A stretch of 62,646 bases of DNA, filler included, from Stramenopiles sp. TOSAG23-2 (taxonomy: Eukaryota), in the NCBI GenBank assembly GCA_900128395.1. It is 6 parts of 6 records of this genome, joined end to end, with 100 filler letters (N's around TTAATTAATTAA, not from the genome) between each part and the next. Parts side by side here need not be neighbours in the genome. Positions count along the whole stretch, not along the records: positions 1 to 27,999 come from LT649409.1; 5 more parts are not named here. One strand, given 5' to 3'. Positions 1-9,064 of the stretch are shown here, piece after piece (the first letter of the stretch is position 1; each line of letters opens with the position of its first letter). The notes below the pieces were generated by a model, which saw nothing but the letters and a program-made list of their open reading frames with translations, searched no databases and was not told the DNA's origin. A program made the position numbers and the translations under genes.

Positions 1-3
1 CCA

Positions 4-55
4 TAATTTATCTATCAATATTGTTGCATCTTCACCAAATTTTTTTGCAATTTCA
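4..55 (-). repeat. Inverted ~52-bp copy of the IQ-gene repeat unit at the contig start
   Basis: Reverse complement equals TGAAATTGCAAAAAAATTTGG..GATAAATTA starting at 4114 and 4222. Confidence 0.9.
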
Positions 56-549
56 TCTATGTGTGATAATTGATGTGTGTGTGATGAAAGTGTAAACCAA
101 ATACCGGATATAAGGTACATTAGTGATTTATTCTATTATACATATTTGTAGTTCTTAGTATACAACTATTGTATGCATCAGTAAAAGGAAATGCCTCTCT
201 CTGGTGTCCAGTGGTCAGTGGTAATTCGCTTGTTGTTTTAAGTTATTGATAATTTCTCCCCTTCAAAAAAAAATAATAAATAATACCAGATGCACACCAG
301 GCACAGATGCCAGAAAAAAATGAATAAACAACACATCATCATATACAAGTATCCTAATCCTAATCCACCACCAGGGAGAATTCTCCCTGTATATCCACAC
401 AATATTTTAATATATCGAATAATACAATATTGTACATACTCCATAGAACATGGTGTGTAATGAAAAGAAATAATAAGACAACAAGAATCAAGCATTATTC
501 TTTTTAATTTATATTTCATGTAAGTAAATACACTTGTTACACTTCTGAT

Positions 550-580
<31 letters not shown>

Positions 581-978
581 CATTACCTATAAATACAATT
601 AACTATATGGAAACCTATGTATTACATGCATATTTATACATTTAATAAAAAATAATGCACTCTATAGAGCCGGCATGTGAATTTCCCACTGTGCATATCG
701 GTATTTGTAGTGCTATACGAACTGAGCGTCTTCTTGCTAGTATTGGGGCAATTTAATCAAGCTCGCTCTTTGAATGAAAACTCCTTCAAAGGGCCAGAAT
801 ATTGTCGACATTTGCATATATATATATATATATTATACATATTTATTCTTCTACATAACTTTTAAAAGGAAAACTAAATATATGACTAACTCACTTACAT
901 TTATTATCCATGTATTTCAAATACTAGTATATAGAGGATTGATTTATTTATTTTGACGATAAAAAAGTAAGTGTTGGA

Positions 979-1893
979 ATGAGCATTAGCGAAGTCGATT
1001 TAATAATAGGAATTTTAGTTATAATCATTACCACTGCATTGTATTTTTATTTTTTGTCTACAAAAGAAGAACAGACATTACAGCAGCAGAAAGATAAAAA
1101 GAAAGAAAAGAAAGTTGAAAATCTCAATAAAACTATAAAAGAAACGAAAAAAGTACGTAATACATCAGTTGTTAACGATAATAATAATAATAATACAATA
1201 ACTCCTGCTGCCAGTAATAGTAATCCAATAGAAACATTGAAGCAACCTTTTAATTACGACAAGTGGAATAATATTGACGAAGATATTGAATTAGTAGAGA
1301 AAGAAGAAGAGGAAACAAAAGCGAAAAGCAAAAGTACAATTGATAAAAAGAAAAAAGCAAGTAGTGCCCGTAATAAAAAAAACATAACCATGTCAACCAG
1401 CCTTGTCAATTTTGTAGATAGTAATAATATTTTTGATGGAACCAATTTTGATCCAAATAACTCTGTATTTAATGGTGATGAAAATTTGATGAAAAAAATT
1501 TTATCATTGGATGAAAATAGCTTTTGTAAATTTTTTGAAGTACAGCTGAAACAATTACCAACAACGAGAGACAACAATTATATTGGACTTTCATTTCAAC
1601 CACCTGTTAAGGAAGCATCAAAAAATAAGAATAAAACATCATCTAATAATTTATTAGCAGATGGGGACAAAACAAAAAGTAATAACAAAAACAAAAAGAA
1701 AGTTGTTGAAAATGTAAATGAAGTCAAAGATTTGGCACCACTGTTGTATACATGTTTATCATTGCATATTGGAAAACCTGAGGCGCAAAAGGCAATGAAT
1801 TATTTTTCTGGTATAGAAGCACAATATTTAAATTCATTATCGTTAGATGATATTGAAGAAATCGCTTCAATCAAGCAAGAAGGGGAGTCATGA
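979..1893 (+). CDS. Hypothetical protein with an N-terminal signal-anchor TM helix and a Lys/Asn-rich body
   Basis: 304-aa ORF flanked by AT-rich low-complexity DNA; hydrophobic LIIGILVIIITTALYFYFL; contains YDKWNNIDED motif. Confidence 0.7.
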   Translation: MSISEVDLIIGILVIIITTALYFYFLSTKEEQTLQQQKDKKKEKKVENLNKTIKETKKVRNTSVVNDNNNNNTITPAASNSNPIETLKQPFNYDKWNNIDEDIELVEKEEEETKAKSKSTIDKKKKASSARNKKNITMSTSLVNFVDSNNIFDGTNFDPNNSVFNGDENLMKKILSLDENSFCKFFEVQLKQLPTTRDNNYIGLSFQPPVKEASKNKNKTSSNNLLADGDKTKSNNKNKKKVVENVNEVKDLAPLLYTCLSLHIGKPEAQKAMNYFSGIEAQYLNSLSLDDIEEIASIKQEGES

Positions 1894-2097
1894 GAATGAA
1901 TAATCTGGTACGTGCGTATATATATATATTATATATACATAATTTTGTTTACGCATAAAATATACAAATTTTTTTATATTTTTTTTATTATAATTTTTTT
2001 GTTTTTTTTCCTATTTTTTATTATATTTTCAAATCTAAAAAAAATACTGGCTTTGTAATTTTATAATACCAGGTATCATATTTATAAGTATAACATT

Positions 2098-2712
2098 CTA
2101 CATCAACAACAATTTATTAATATCAGTTTTCCGTCGTCTAATGACCATACGATTCTTATTTCTTCTGTTAGCTAAAAAATTTCGATAACCCCCTTTATGT
2201 CTGGGCTGTCTATCATCATTGTTATTGCTGATGTTATTATTGCGGCGGGTATTATTATTATTACTGCTGCTGCTGCCACCAACAACATTGATACTTCTTC
2301 GAATATCATTATTATCATTCATTTCACTTTCACTAGGTCGTTCTAAATCATCATAGTCGTAATATAACAATTCTATACCTTTTTTTCTAATTATTTCCTG
2401 TAAGTCTTTTTCAGAAATAATATTTTTATTTGGATACGCATCATATAAATCATTTAGAATCATCGTGACAAAATTATTAACATGGCCTTGGACGGCGCCT
2501 AGCGTTTCACTTGATGCTTTAAAACTAGTTTCTAAAAATGATACTTTTTTTTCATCTCCACCAGAATCACAATGTTTTAAATAACGTATCATATCCTTAT
2601 GAAGAACTAAATTTTTCACTGTAGGCATTTTTTTTCCATTTTTTTTTTCCACATTTATTTGTTTTACATTTCTTAGTTTTTCTATCTTTCCAAGTTTCTT
2701 TGTTCTTCCCAT
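2098..2712 (-). CDS. Basic protein with a probable histone-fold domain (H4/CENP-T-like)
   Basis: 204-aa ORF; Lys-rich N-tail; ASSETLGAVQGHVNNFVTMILNDL..KNIISEKDLQEIIRKKG has alpha2-L2-alpha3 histone-fold spacing. Confidence 0.55.
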   Translation of the reverse strand: MGRTKKLGKIEKLRNVKQINVEKKNGKKMPTVKNLVLHKDMIRYLKHCDSGGDEKKVSFLETSFKASSETLGAVQGHVNNFVTMILNDLYDAYPNKNIISEKDLQEIIRKKGIELLYYDYDDLERPSESEMNDNNDIRRSINVVGGSSSSNNNNTRRNNNISNNNDDRQPRHKGGYRNFLANRRNKNRMVIRRRKTDINKLLLM

Positions 2713-3205
2713 ATTGAACTACTTTATATCATATATATGTACATCGTACAATCTATCTATATGTATAAATATATATATATACCGTAGTAGATAATATATA
2801 ATAGTGCAATAATAAAAAAATATGTGAGGAGGAGTTTAAGTTTGAATTTATTAATAATTGTTTTACTTCACTAGTCTATGTCACGCAACGTGCCTATCAC
2901 ATTTTACAAGAATTTCTTTTACTTAAGGGATTTGTGCATTTCCAGATTTGGCACAGAGTTTCTTTGATCTTTGATGATGATCGAAAAAATTATTATTTAT
3001 AGTCTAATTAATAATAAATAGTAATAATAATAGTGCCGTTATTATAGCCTGGATAGTCTTTAATAACAAATATATATATTAGTTTACAGTCTATCTACTA
3101 CAAACATATTACAGAATGATAATAATATCATTTTCACACGCAGTAAATCCAACGTTTGCTATATATACATATATAATATTGAAGCGACGGATACGAATAT
3201 CAATT

Positions 3206-5272
3206 ATGTCTATAGCCTCTTCATCTGCAGATGTTACCCCACGTCAAAATAATATACCAGCAGAACAAAATAATACATTGTCATCGTCTTTGCCACAATT
3301 AAATAACACTGTTAGTGGTTCCAATACTAATTCTCAAATAGGTGTTTTTCGCACGAGAGCTACTCTTGACAGGCGTCAATCTCTCGAATTAATAAAAACT
3401 AATATAAAGGCAGAATATAGCAAACAGAAGCTTCCGCCATTTTCTCCGAATTATAAGAAACACAAGAAAAAACGATTGATAGAGAGGAAAAGAAAGAGCC
3501 AGGGGCAAACAGACGAGGAGGAGGTGAAATTAGCACCATCTTCGACATCATCTACCCCTCGTTCAATTATTTCGAAAGCAAAATTTTTCAGTAAAAAATT
3601 ACAAGCAATTCAAGTTAGAAAATATCTTCATAGCAATAATTTCACAAAAAATCAACACAGTGTCTTAGTGGATGAACGCAACCGTTTATGTAAAAATATA
3701 CTAGACAAAGCCGAAGGCAAACATTTAAAAGGTGATACGGAACACGAAAAAAGTTCAGAAAAAGAACATGTATGGAAACAACAAGGATATTTGTATGAAA
3801 AACATATGATGGAAGTGGAAGCCACTTTGGATTGGTTGCTGAAGATGAAGGAAGGTACAGCAACAGAGGCTGATAAACCGGTGTTTGTAACAGATGTTGA
3901 CGATTTATTAACTTCTGGTGATAAGGAAGTAATGAAAGCAGGAGGTAAAAGCCGTTTAGTACAAGAAAAAAAACCATCCTTTCATGTTAAAGATATGTTT
4001 TGGTCAAATAGTAGTAAACAACGTGTACAAAATAAATTAGATTACTATCGAGACTTAGAACGTAGAAGAATTTTAGATAAAAATATTAAAGATTATGAAA
4101 CGGCACAATTAGCTGAAATTGCAAAAAAATTTGGTGAAGATGCAACAATATTGATAGATAAATTAAAGCGACATAAACAAACAGTTTTTAAAATGACAAA
4201 ACAATATTGGAGAGATAGACGTGAAATTGCAAAAAAATTTGGTGAAGATGCAACAATATTGATAGATAAATTAAAGCGACATAAACAAACAGTTTTTAAA
4301 ATGACAAAACAATATTGGAGAGATAGACGCGAAGCAAATATAGCTCGAGCAGAAAAATTAGCATCTACTGCCAAAATATTAAGAGAAGAGGAATTGCGTA
4401 AAAAACAAAATTGGAAAACTAGAACAATCACTAAGCGAAAAGAGAGAGCGCGTAAGAAAAAGGAAAAGGAAGATAGAGAAAATGCTCAACGAGGTTGGTT
4501 AAAAGATTTAGCTACACTATATGCTGCTAATATATTTCGTCGTTTTATATTAAATGGTCGTGATCGTGCAATCCAGATGGAACGAGAAGCACATGCACAA
4601 ACATGTATATCCCGGCATTGGCGGATTCATCATGCGCACAAAGAAAATGATAAAAAAGTCAATGCATTAATCACATTGCAAAAAGTAACACGTGGATGGC
4701 AATCTCGTTTACTATTACAACATAAACATAAATGTGCTGATGTAATATACCAGCATTTAAAAGCTGTTGGTAAATTGCGCATACTGAAAAAGGGGCTTAA
4801 AATGAGACATGATGCCGCAAGGTCAATTCAAAATGGTTGGAAAGATAGGAAAAAAACATTGAAAAAAGAATTGAATGAGATACACGATGTTTTTGAAGAA
4901 GTAGCTGAAAATGAAGGATTAGATGTCAATAAAGTTATTGCGGAAGAAATTCGAACAGAAATATTAAACGAAGTGCTCAGGAAAAAAAGAGTTGTCTTTA
5001 AAGATACTACCTTGGCAAAGTATTCCTTTGATTATAAAAATTACAATAAAAAAATTGCCAGGTTAAGAGAGCAAAGTAAAGAGGATCCAAGTGCAAAAGC
5101 GTTGATTTATATGGTGAAGAAGCCAAATCGACCAAATTTTAAGCCTGATATAATGGATAGCGAAATGAGACAAGCTTTAAGTTTATGTATGGAACTGAAA
5201 AAAAATCCAAAAAGATGGCGTGCTAGACAAGCAAGGACAAAACGATGGTTGGAAAAGCAATATGAGAAGTAA
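3206..5272 (+). CDS. IQ-motif coiled-coil protein (calmodulin-binding, possibly flagellar)
   Basis: Long ORF (open from 3116; likely ATG 3206); IQ-like motifs AQTCISRHWR, LITLQKVTRGWQSR, ARSIQNGWK; contains an in-frame 108-bp duplication. Confidence 0.75.
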   Translation: MSIASSSADVTPRQNNIPAEQNNTLSSSLPQLNNTVSGSNTNSQIGVFRTRATLDRRQSLELIKTNIKAEYSKQKLPPFSPNYKKHKKKRLIERKRKSQGQTDEEEVKLAPSSTSSTPRSIISKAKFFSKKLQAIQVRKYLHSNNFTKNQHSVLVDERNRLCKNILDKAEGKHLKGDTEHEKSSEKEHVWKQQGYLYEKHMMEVEATLDWLLKMKEGTATEADKPVFVTDVDDLLTSGDKEVMKAGGKSRLVQEKKPSFHVKDMFWSNSSKQRVQNKLDYYRDLERRRILDKNIKDYETAQLAEIAKKFGEDATILIDKLKRHKQTVFKMTKQYWRDRREIAKKFGEDATILIDKLKRHKQTVFKMTKQYWRDRREANIARAEKLASTAKILREEELRKKQNWKTRTITKRKERARKKKEKEDRENAQRGWLKDLATLYAANIFRRFILNGRDRAIQMEREAHAQTCISRHWRIHHAHKENDKKVNALITLQKVTRGWQSRLLLQHKHKCADVIYQHLKAVGKLRILKKGLKMRHDAARSIQNGWKDRKKTLKKELNEIHDVFEEVAENEGLDVNKVIAEEIRTEILNEVLRKKRVVFKDTTLAKYSFDYKNYNKKIARLREQSKEDPSAKALIYMVKKPNRPNFKPDIMDSEMRQALSLCMELKKNPKRWRARQARTKRWLEKQYEK
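4114..4329. repeat. Perfect tandem duplication, 108-bp unit (in frame)
   Basis: EIAKKFGEDATILIDKLKRHKQTVFKMTKQYWRDRR occurs twice. Confidence 0.95.
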
Positions 5273-5360
5273 AACATTTTTAATAATTATATATTACTTA
5301 TATTAATACCCCCTATAAAATTATCACGCATTATTAAAATATTACAACACATTTTTCGTT

Positions 5361-8336
5361 TTACTTCTTAGTTGCATTACCTAATACACGGCGCCAGTAT
5401 ATCGAATTAGATACAAAGGATTTATTGAGATTTGTATTTATGACATTATCCCATTCTTTTTTGGAGTGTATAACTTTGACGTTCACATCTTCAAACACAC
5501 TGGTGAACTGAACCGTCAAACCATCATAAAACAATAACTCAGCTTCATTTTTTGTATATAAATAGCTTCTAGCATTTCCGCCCGCATAACAACCCATTAA
5601 TAGCTTCTCCATCATAATAATGTCCTCTGTACTAGCTTTGACTCCCTCAATCACTTTCACATATTTTGTCGCGACGTCTAACTCCCAATAGTGCTCAACA
5701 ACATTGTTGGAAAGATAGCTATCAAATAACATATGATGTGCCTCAAACCAAACCCCACGCATCCAGTTTTCACGTGTAAATGTTCCATTTTCCAACACGC
5801 TCAAATCCACCAGTCTATCAAGGAAACAAATAACAGACGTTCCATCCGGTTTCATGAATCGATATGCTCCAAACAATTTCTCATAATTTAGCACATCATC
5901 AATATTAAACTCCTTACCAACACAAATATTGCCAAATTCATGCCATATTTTCAACCATGTCATACATTTTGATACATCATACTCTCTCAAATCCATTGGT
6001 TTGTCCATCTGTCTCGATTTCGTAAGACGATTGAACATACTTTCGATCAAATTATCATACGTTTTGCCTAATTTTTCTAATACTTCAGTATTATACATCC
6101 ACATTTTTGCCTCTTTTTTCATTCCTGCATCAATAAGGGCTTGTTTTTCAGCTTCAATTTCTTCTTTTACCTTTTTCACTGCATTATTTAATCCAATGAC
6201 TACATTATTGGAATTTCCATCATTTTGATAGGGGTCAACTAAAGTACTGCCCATAAACGGATAGAGATTTCCTATTTCTTCAGGAATTTCATTTCGACGT
6301 CTGTAAAACTCTTCCATTGGTTTTTCATGTGAAGATGTTTCCATTAGTATGTTATACAAGACCTGCAGGCTGTTTGTATCCACGTAGAAATATAGCTCCA
6401 GTAGGCTAAATTGTTGGAACATGTTCTTAAAATTGAAATCATCCCCGCTATTGTTTAACATTTTAATATCGTTATTGTTGTTGTCAATATTAGTAAGTGT
6501 ATCGTTATTATTGTTTGTAAATGATTGATTTCCACTATTTGTATATTTTTTGTTGAAATATTTTTGAATTATATTTAAATAACGCGCCGTCAAAATATGT
6601 AATAGAAGAAATGATTTATTCTCTTTTTTCCTTACATTATTATCAGTATTCGTATTCACAATAATCTCTTGGTAACCTACCAAACCCATATCAAGTAGTG
6701 CTTGGAAACATATCCGCATAGTTGTTTCGCTAACACTCCATAAACGGTTAAGCAAATTAGTTGGAACCATGTAATACGGCTCCTCGTATTTCATTTGATT
6801 ATTTGATATTGCTGCTAAAGAAAATAACGCTAACTTTTTATTTACATTGTCCAACATGAGAATTTTTTTTCGCAATTCCATTGAGAAAACGTCAAGATGT
6901 CCTTTCTCAGAAAATATTACATCAGATTTAAACGAAGAGAGAATTTCCTCATATCCAAAAACCATTGTTCTGCATCTTGCAGCGGTTTCCATTGCTAAAG
7001 GCAATCGTCCAACAGCAGAAGCAATTCCCGCTATATATTTATTTTCTTTTTCTTGTTTGCTTTCACTGCTGCTGCTGCTGCTATTACTACTTAAAGAAAG
7101 AGCAGTCGTTGTGCCATCATATTTCTTACTAGTTTTATCATCTCCACTTACTTTAGAAGCTATTGTTTTGATAAATAACATACTTTCATATTTTGATGGT
7201 ATATGGAGTGAAATATTCTCAAGACTAGATTGGGATAAAATCCCACAATGAGATGTTCCTACCATTATTTTTGAAGTACTAGTTCGATTGATTTCAGTTT
7301 GTATATCACGGATTTGTTTTTTTGATTGTACGTTATCAAATATAATCAATGTTGAATCACCTGATTGTAATATTAATTTTTCTATTGCACGTTGACAAGA
7401 TGCATTTGTATTTTCTACTTCGATGTTGTTTTTTTTTCCCAATTCAACAACAAGTTGATATGCATCAATAATATTTGATGTAAATGATATCCAATATACA
7501 CCACCAGTAAATTTCTCCATGATTCGCTGATCTCGCGCAATTCTTGCCAAGGCAACTGTTTTCCCAATACCAGTCATGCCAGTTATTCCTATTCCATGTG
7601 TACTAGTACTATTATCATTGGTATCAATGAGTGATTTTACAGCATATTCAATTTCTTTCTTGTGCAAAACATTAACTAATGGCAAAGGTAAACGAGGAAC
7701 ACCAATAATTGTGGAAATACTATCTTGGTTGTTCCGATTTCTGTTATTGTTATTATTACTTAAGCTTAACTCCTCGTTATCATCATAATCAAAAGGTAAA
7801 TCCTCACCTCCACTAAGAAAATCAAAATTAAAAACATTTTCATTATTATTTGTATTAGATGCTGGGCTATTGTTGTCATTTAATTCTGAAAACCACATAT
7901 CATTCTCATTAAGACGGGGTCGTTTGGAAACGGTGCTTCTTTCAACAGAAGATGATGATGATGGCGAAGAAGAAGAAGATGATGAAGAAACGTTTGCCTT
8001 TCTTTTCATTCTTGGTTCTTCGCTATATACACGAAAGGAACAATATTTATCGTCGATAATATTTTTATTTACACCTATTGCTATAAATTTTAGTGTTACG
8101 CGATATCTAGCGCGTTGGAAAAATAAACATAACTTACACCTATCAGAATTAATATCTTTTCGTACCTTTAATACGTTCATTTTTGAATACAAAACACCAG
8201 GTTCATTAGTAATATCAATTCCATTATTATCTAAGACACAACATACAACACTTGTAGCTTCATTTGGTAATTTTAGAGATATTTCAATTTGTTTTTTTCT
8301 GATATAATATGGTGCTAGTTCTGACATTAATTCCAT
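5361..8336 (-). CDS. STAND/NB-ARC (APAF-1-like) NTPase with an N-terminal beta-rich domain and a C-terminal CRAL-TRIO/Sec14-like domain
   Basis: 991 aa; Walker A GMTGIGKT (7557-7580), FTGGVYWISF, Walker B LIIFDNV, GLPL motif GRLPLA, MHD-position LHI; C-terminal LREYDVSKCMTWLKIW..KPDGTSVI resembles CRAL-TRIO. Confidence 0.8.
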   Translation of the reverse strand: MELMSELAPYYIRKKQIEISLKLPNEATSVVCCVLDNNGIDITNEPGVLYSKMNVLKVRKDINSDRCKLCLFFQRARYRVTLKFIAIGVNKNIIDDKYCSFRVYSEEPRMKRKANVSSSSSSSSPSSSSSVERSTVSKRPRLNENDMWFSELNDNNSPASNTNNNENVFNFDFLSGGEDLPFDYDDNEELSLSNNNNNRNRNNQDSISTIIGVPRLPLPLVNVLHKKEIEYAVKSLIDTNDNSTSTHGIGITGMTGIGKTVALARIARDQRIMEKFTGGVYWISFTSNIIDAYQLVVELGKKNNIEVENTNASCQRAIEKLILQSGDSTLIIFDNVQSKKQIRDIQTEINRTSTSKIMVGTSHCGILSQSSLENISLHIPSKYESMLFIKTIASKVSGDDKTSKKYDGTTTALSLSSNSSSSSSESKQEKENKYIAGIASAVGRLPLAMETAARCRTMVFGYEEILSSFKSDVIFSEKGHLDVFSMELRKKILMLDNVNKKLALFSLAAISNNQMKYEEPYYMVPTNLLNRLWSVSETTMRICFQALLDMGLVGYQEIIVNTNTDNNVRKKENKSFLLLHILTARYLNIIQKYFNKKYTNSGNQSFTNNNNDTLTNIDNNNNDIKMLNNSGDDFNFKNMFQQFSLLELYFYVDTNSLQVLYNILMETSSHEKPMEEFYRRRNEIPEEIGNLYPFMGSTLVDPYQNDGNSNNVVIGLNNAVKKVKEEIEAEKQALIDAGMKKEAKMWMYNTEVLEKLGKTYDNLIESMFNRLTKSRQMDKPMDLREYDVSKCMTWLKIWHEFGNICVGKEFNIDDVLNYEKLFGAYRFMKPDGTSVICFLDRLVDLSVLENGTFTRENWMRGVWFEAHHMLFDSYLSNNVVEHYWELDVATKYVKVIEGVKASTEDIIMMEKLLMGCYAGGNARSYLYTKNEAELLFYDGLTVQFTSVFEDVNVKVIHSKKEWDNVINTNLNKSFVSNSIYWRRVLGNATKK

Positions 8337-8640
8337 GGTTATTGTTGTTGTTTGAATGTTTGTTCAATATACATATATTTCTCTTTGGTTTTGAATAATA
8401 TATTTATTAATTGATACGTATTTCATTTATGCTTAATATAATTAATATACTGCACCATACGCAAGTATTAAGATATACATATATTGCACTACCACCGTAT
8501 ATGATATAATATCGATAATTGAATTGAATTATAGTATTAGTATATGTTTTTACCAACGCACCACCAACAACAACAACATATTGTAGTCTACGTGCATACC
8601 AGCATACCAGCATACAGTATACACACAGTAGCAGGTGCAT

Positions 8641-8765
8641 AGACTAGACGACTTTTCGCGAAGAAGCGTCGAGCAAGCTCGACTAGACTAGACTCGCAAC
8701 AAATAGTGCAATAGTCGGAATCGTTCGGATTTCGGATTTCGGATTCAGTCACAGACCCGGGCACC
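8641..8765. promoter_or_regulatory. CpG-rich island in the divergent NB-ARC/ABCA intergenic region
   Basis: GTCGAGC-aa-GCTCGAC palindrome (8668-8683), GACTA repeats, (TTCGGAT)x3 near 8724-8745. Confidence 0.4.
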
Positions 8766-9064
8766 AACGGCCAGTATACTAGAGCTCTATTATATGTGCC
8801 TACTAACTCTCAAATAATATTTAACAACGAGAAAAAAAACGATACAAGCACTTATAAGCACCACACATAGAATGTAATATACATGAAGTATTATATTTTT
8901 TACATGTATATATTCGCCTTGTACAAACAAAACAAAAACAAGTTACATCAAACAATATTGTCATAAGAATATACTTAATTGTAACAATTTCATACGAAAC
9001 ACACACGCACGCACATACGCGCACAAAGAGAGAGAAAGACAGAAAAAAAATATTTTTTTTAAAC

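Noticed and set aside
238..956. Short ORFs before the first gene, and similar ones at 8407-8640, 28044-28346, 48727-48933
   Set aside because: Tyr/Ile-rich translations of (AT)n intergenic DNA with no motifs
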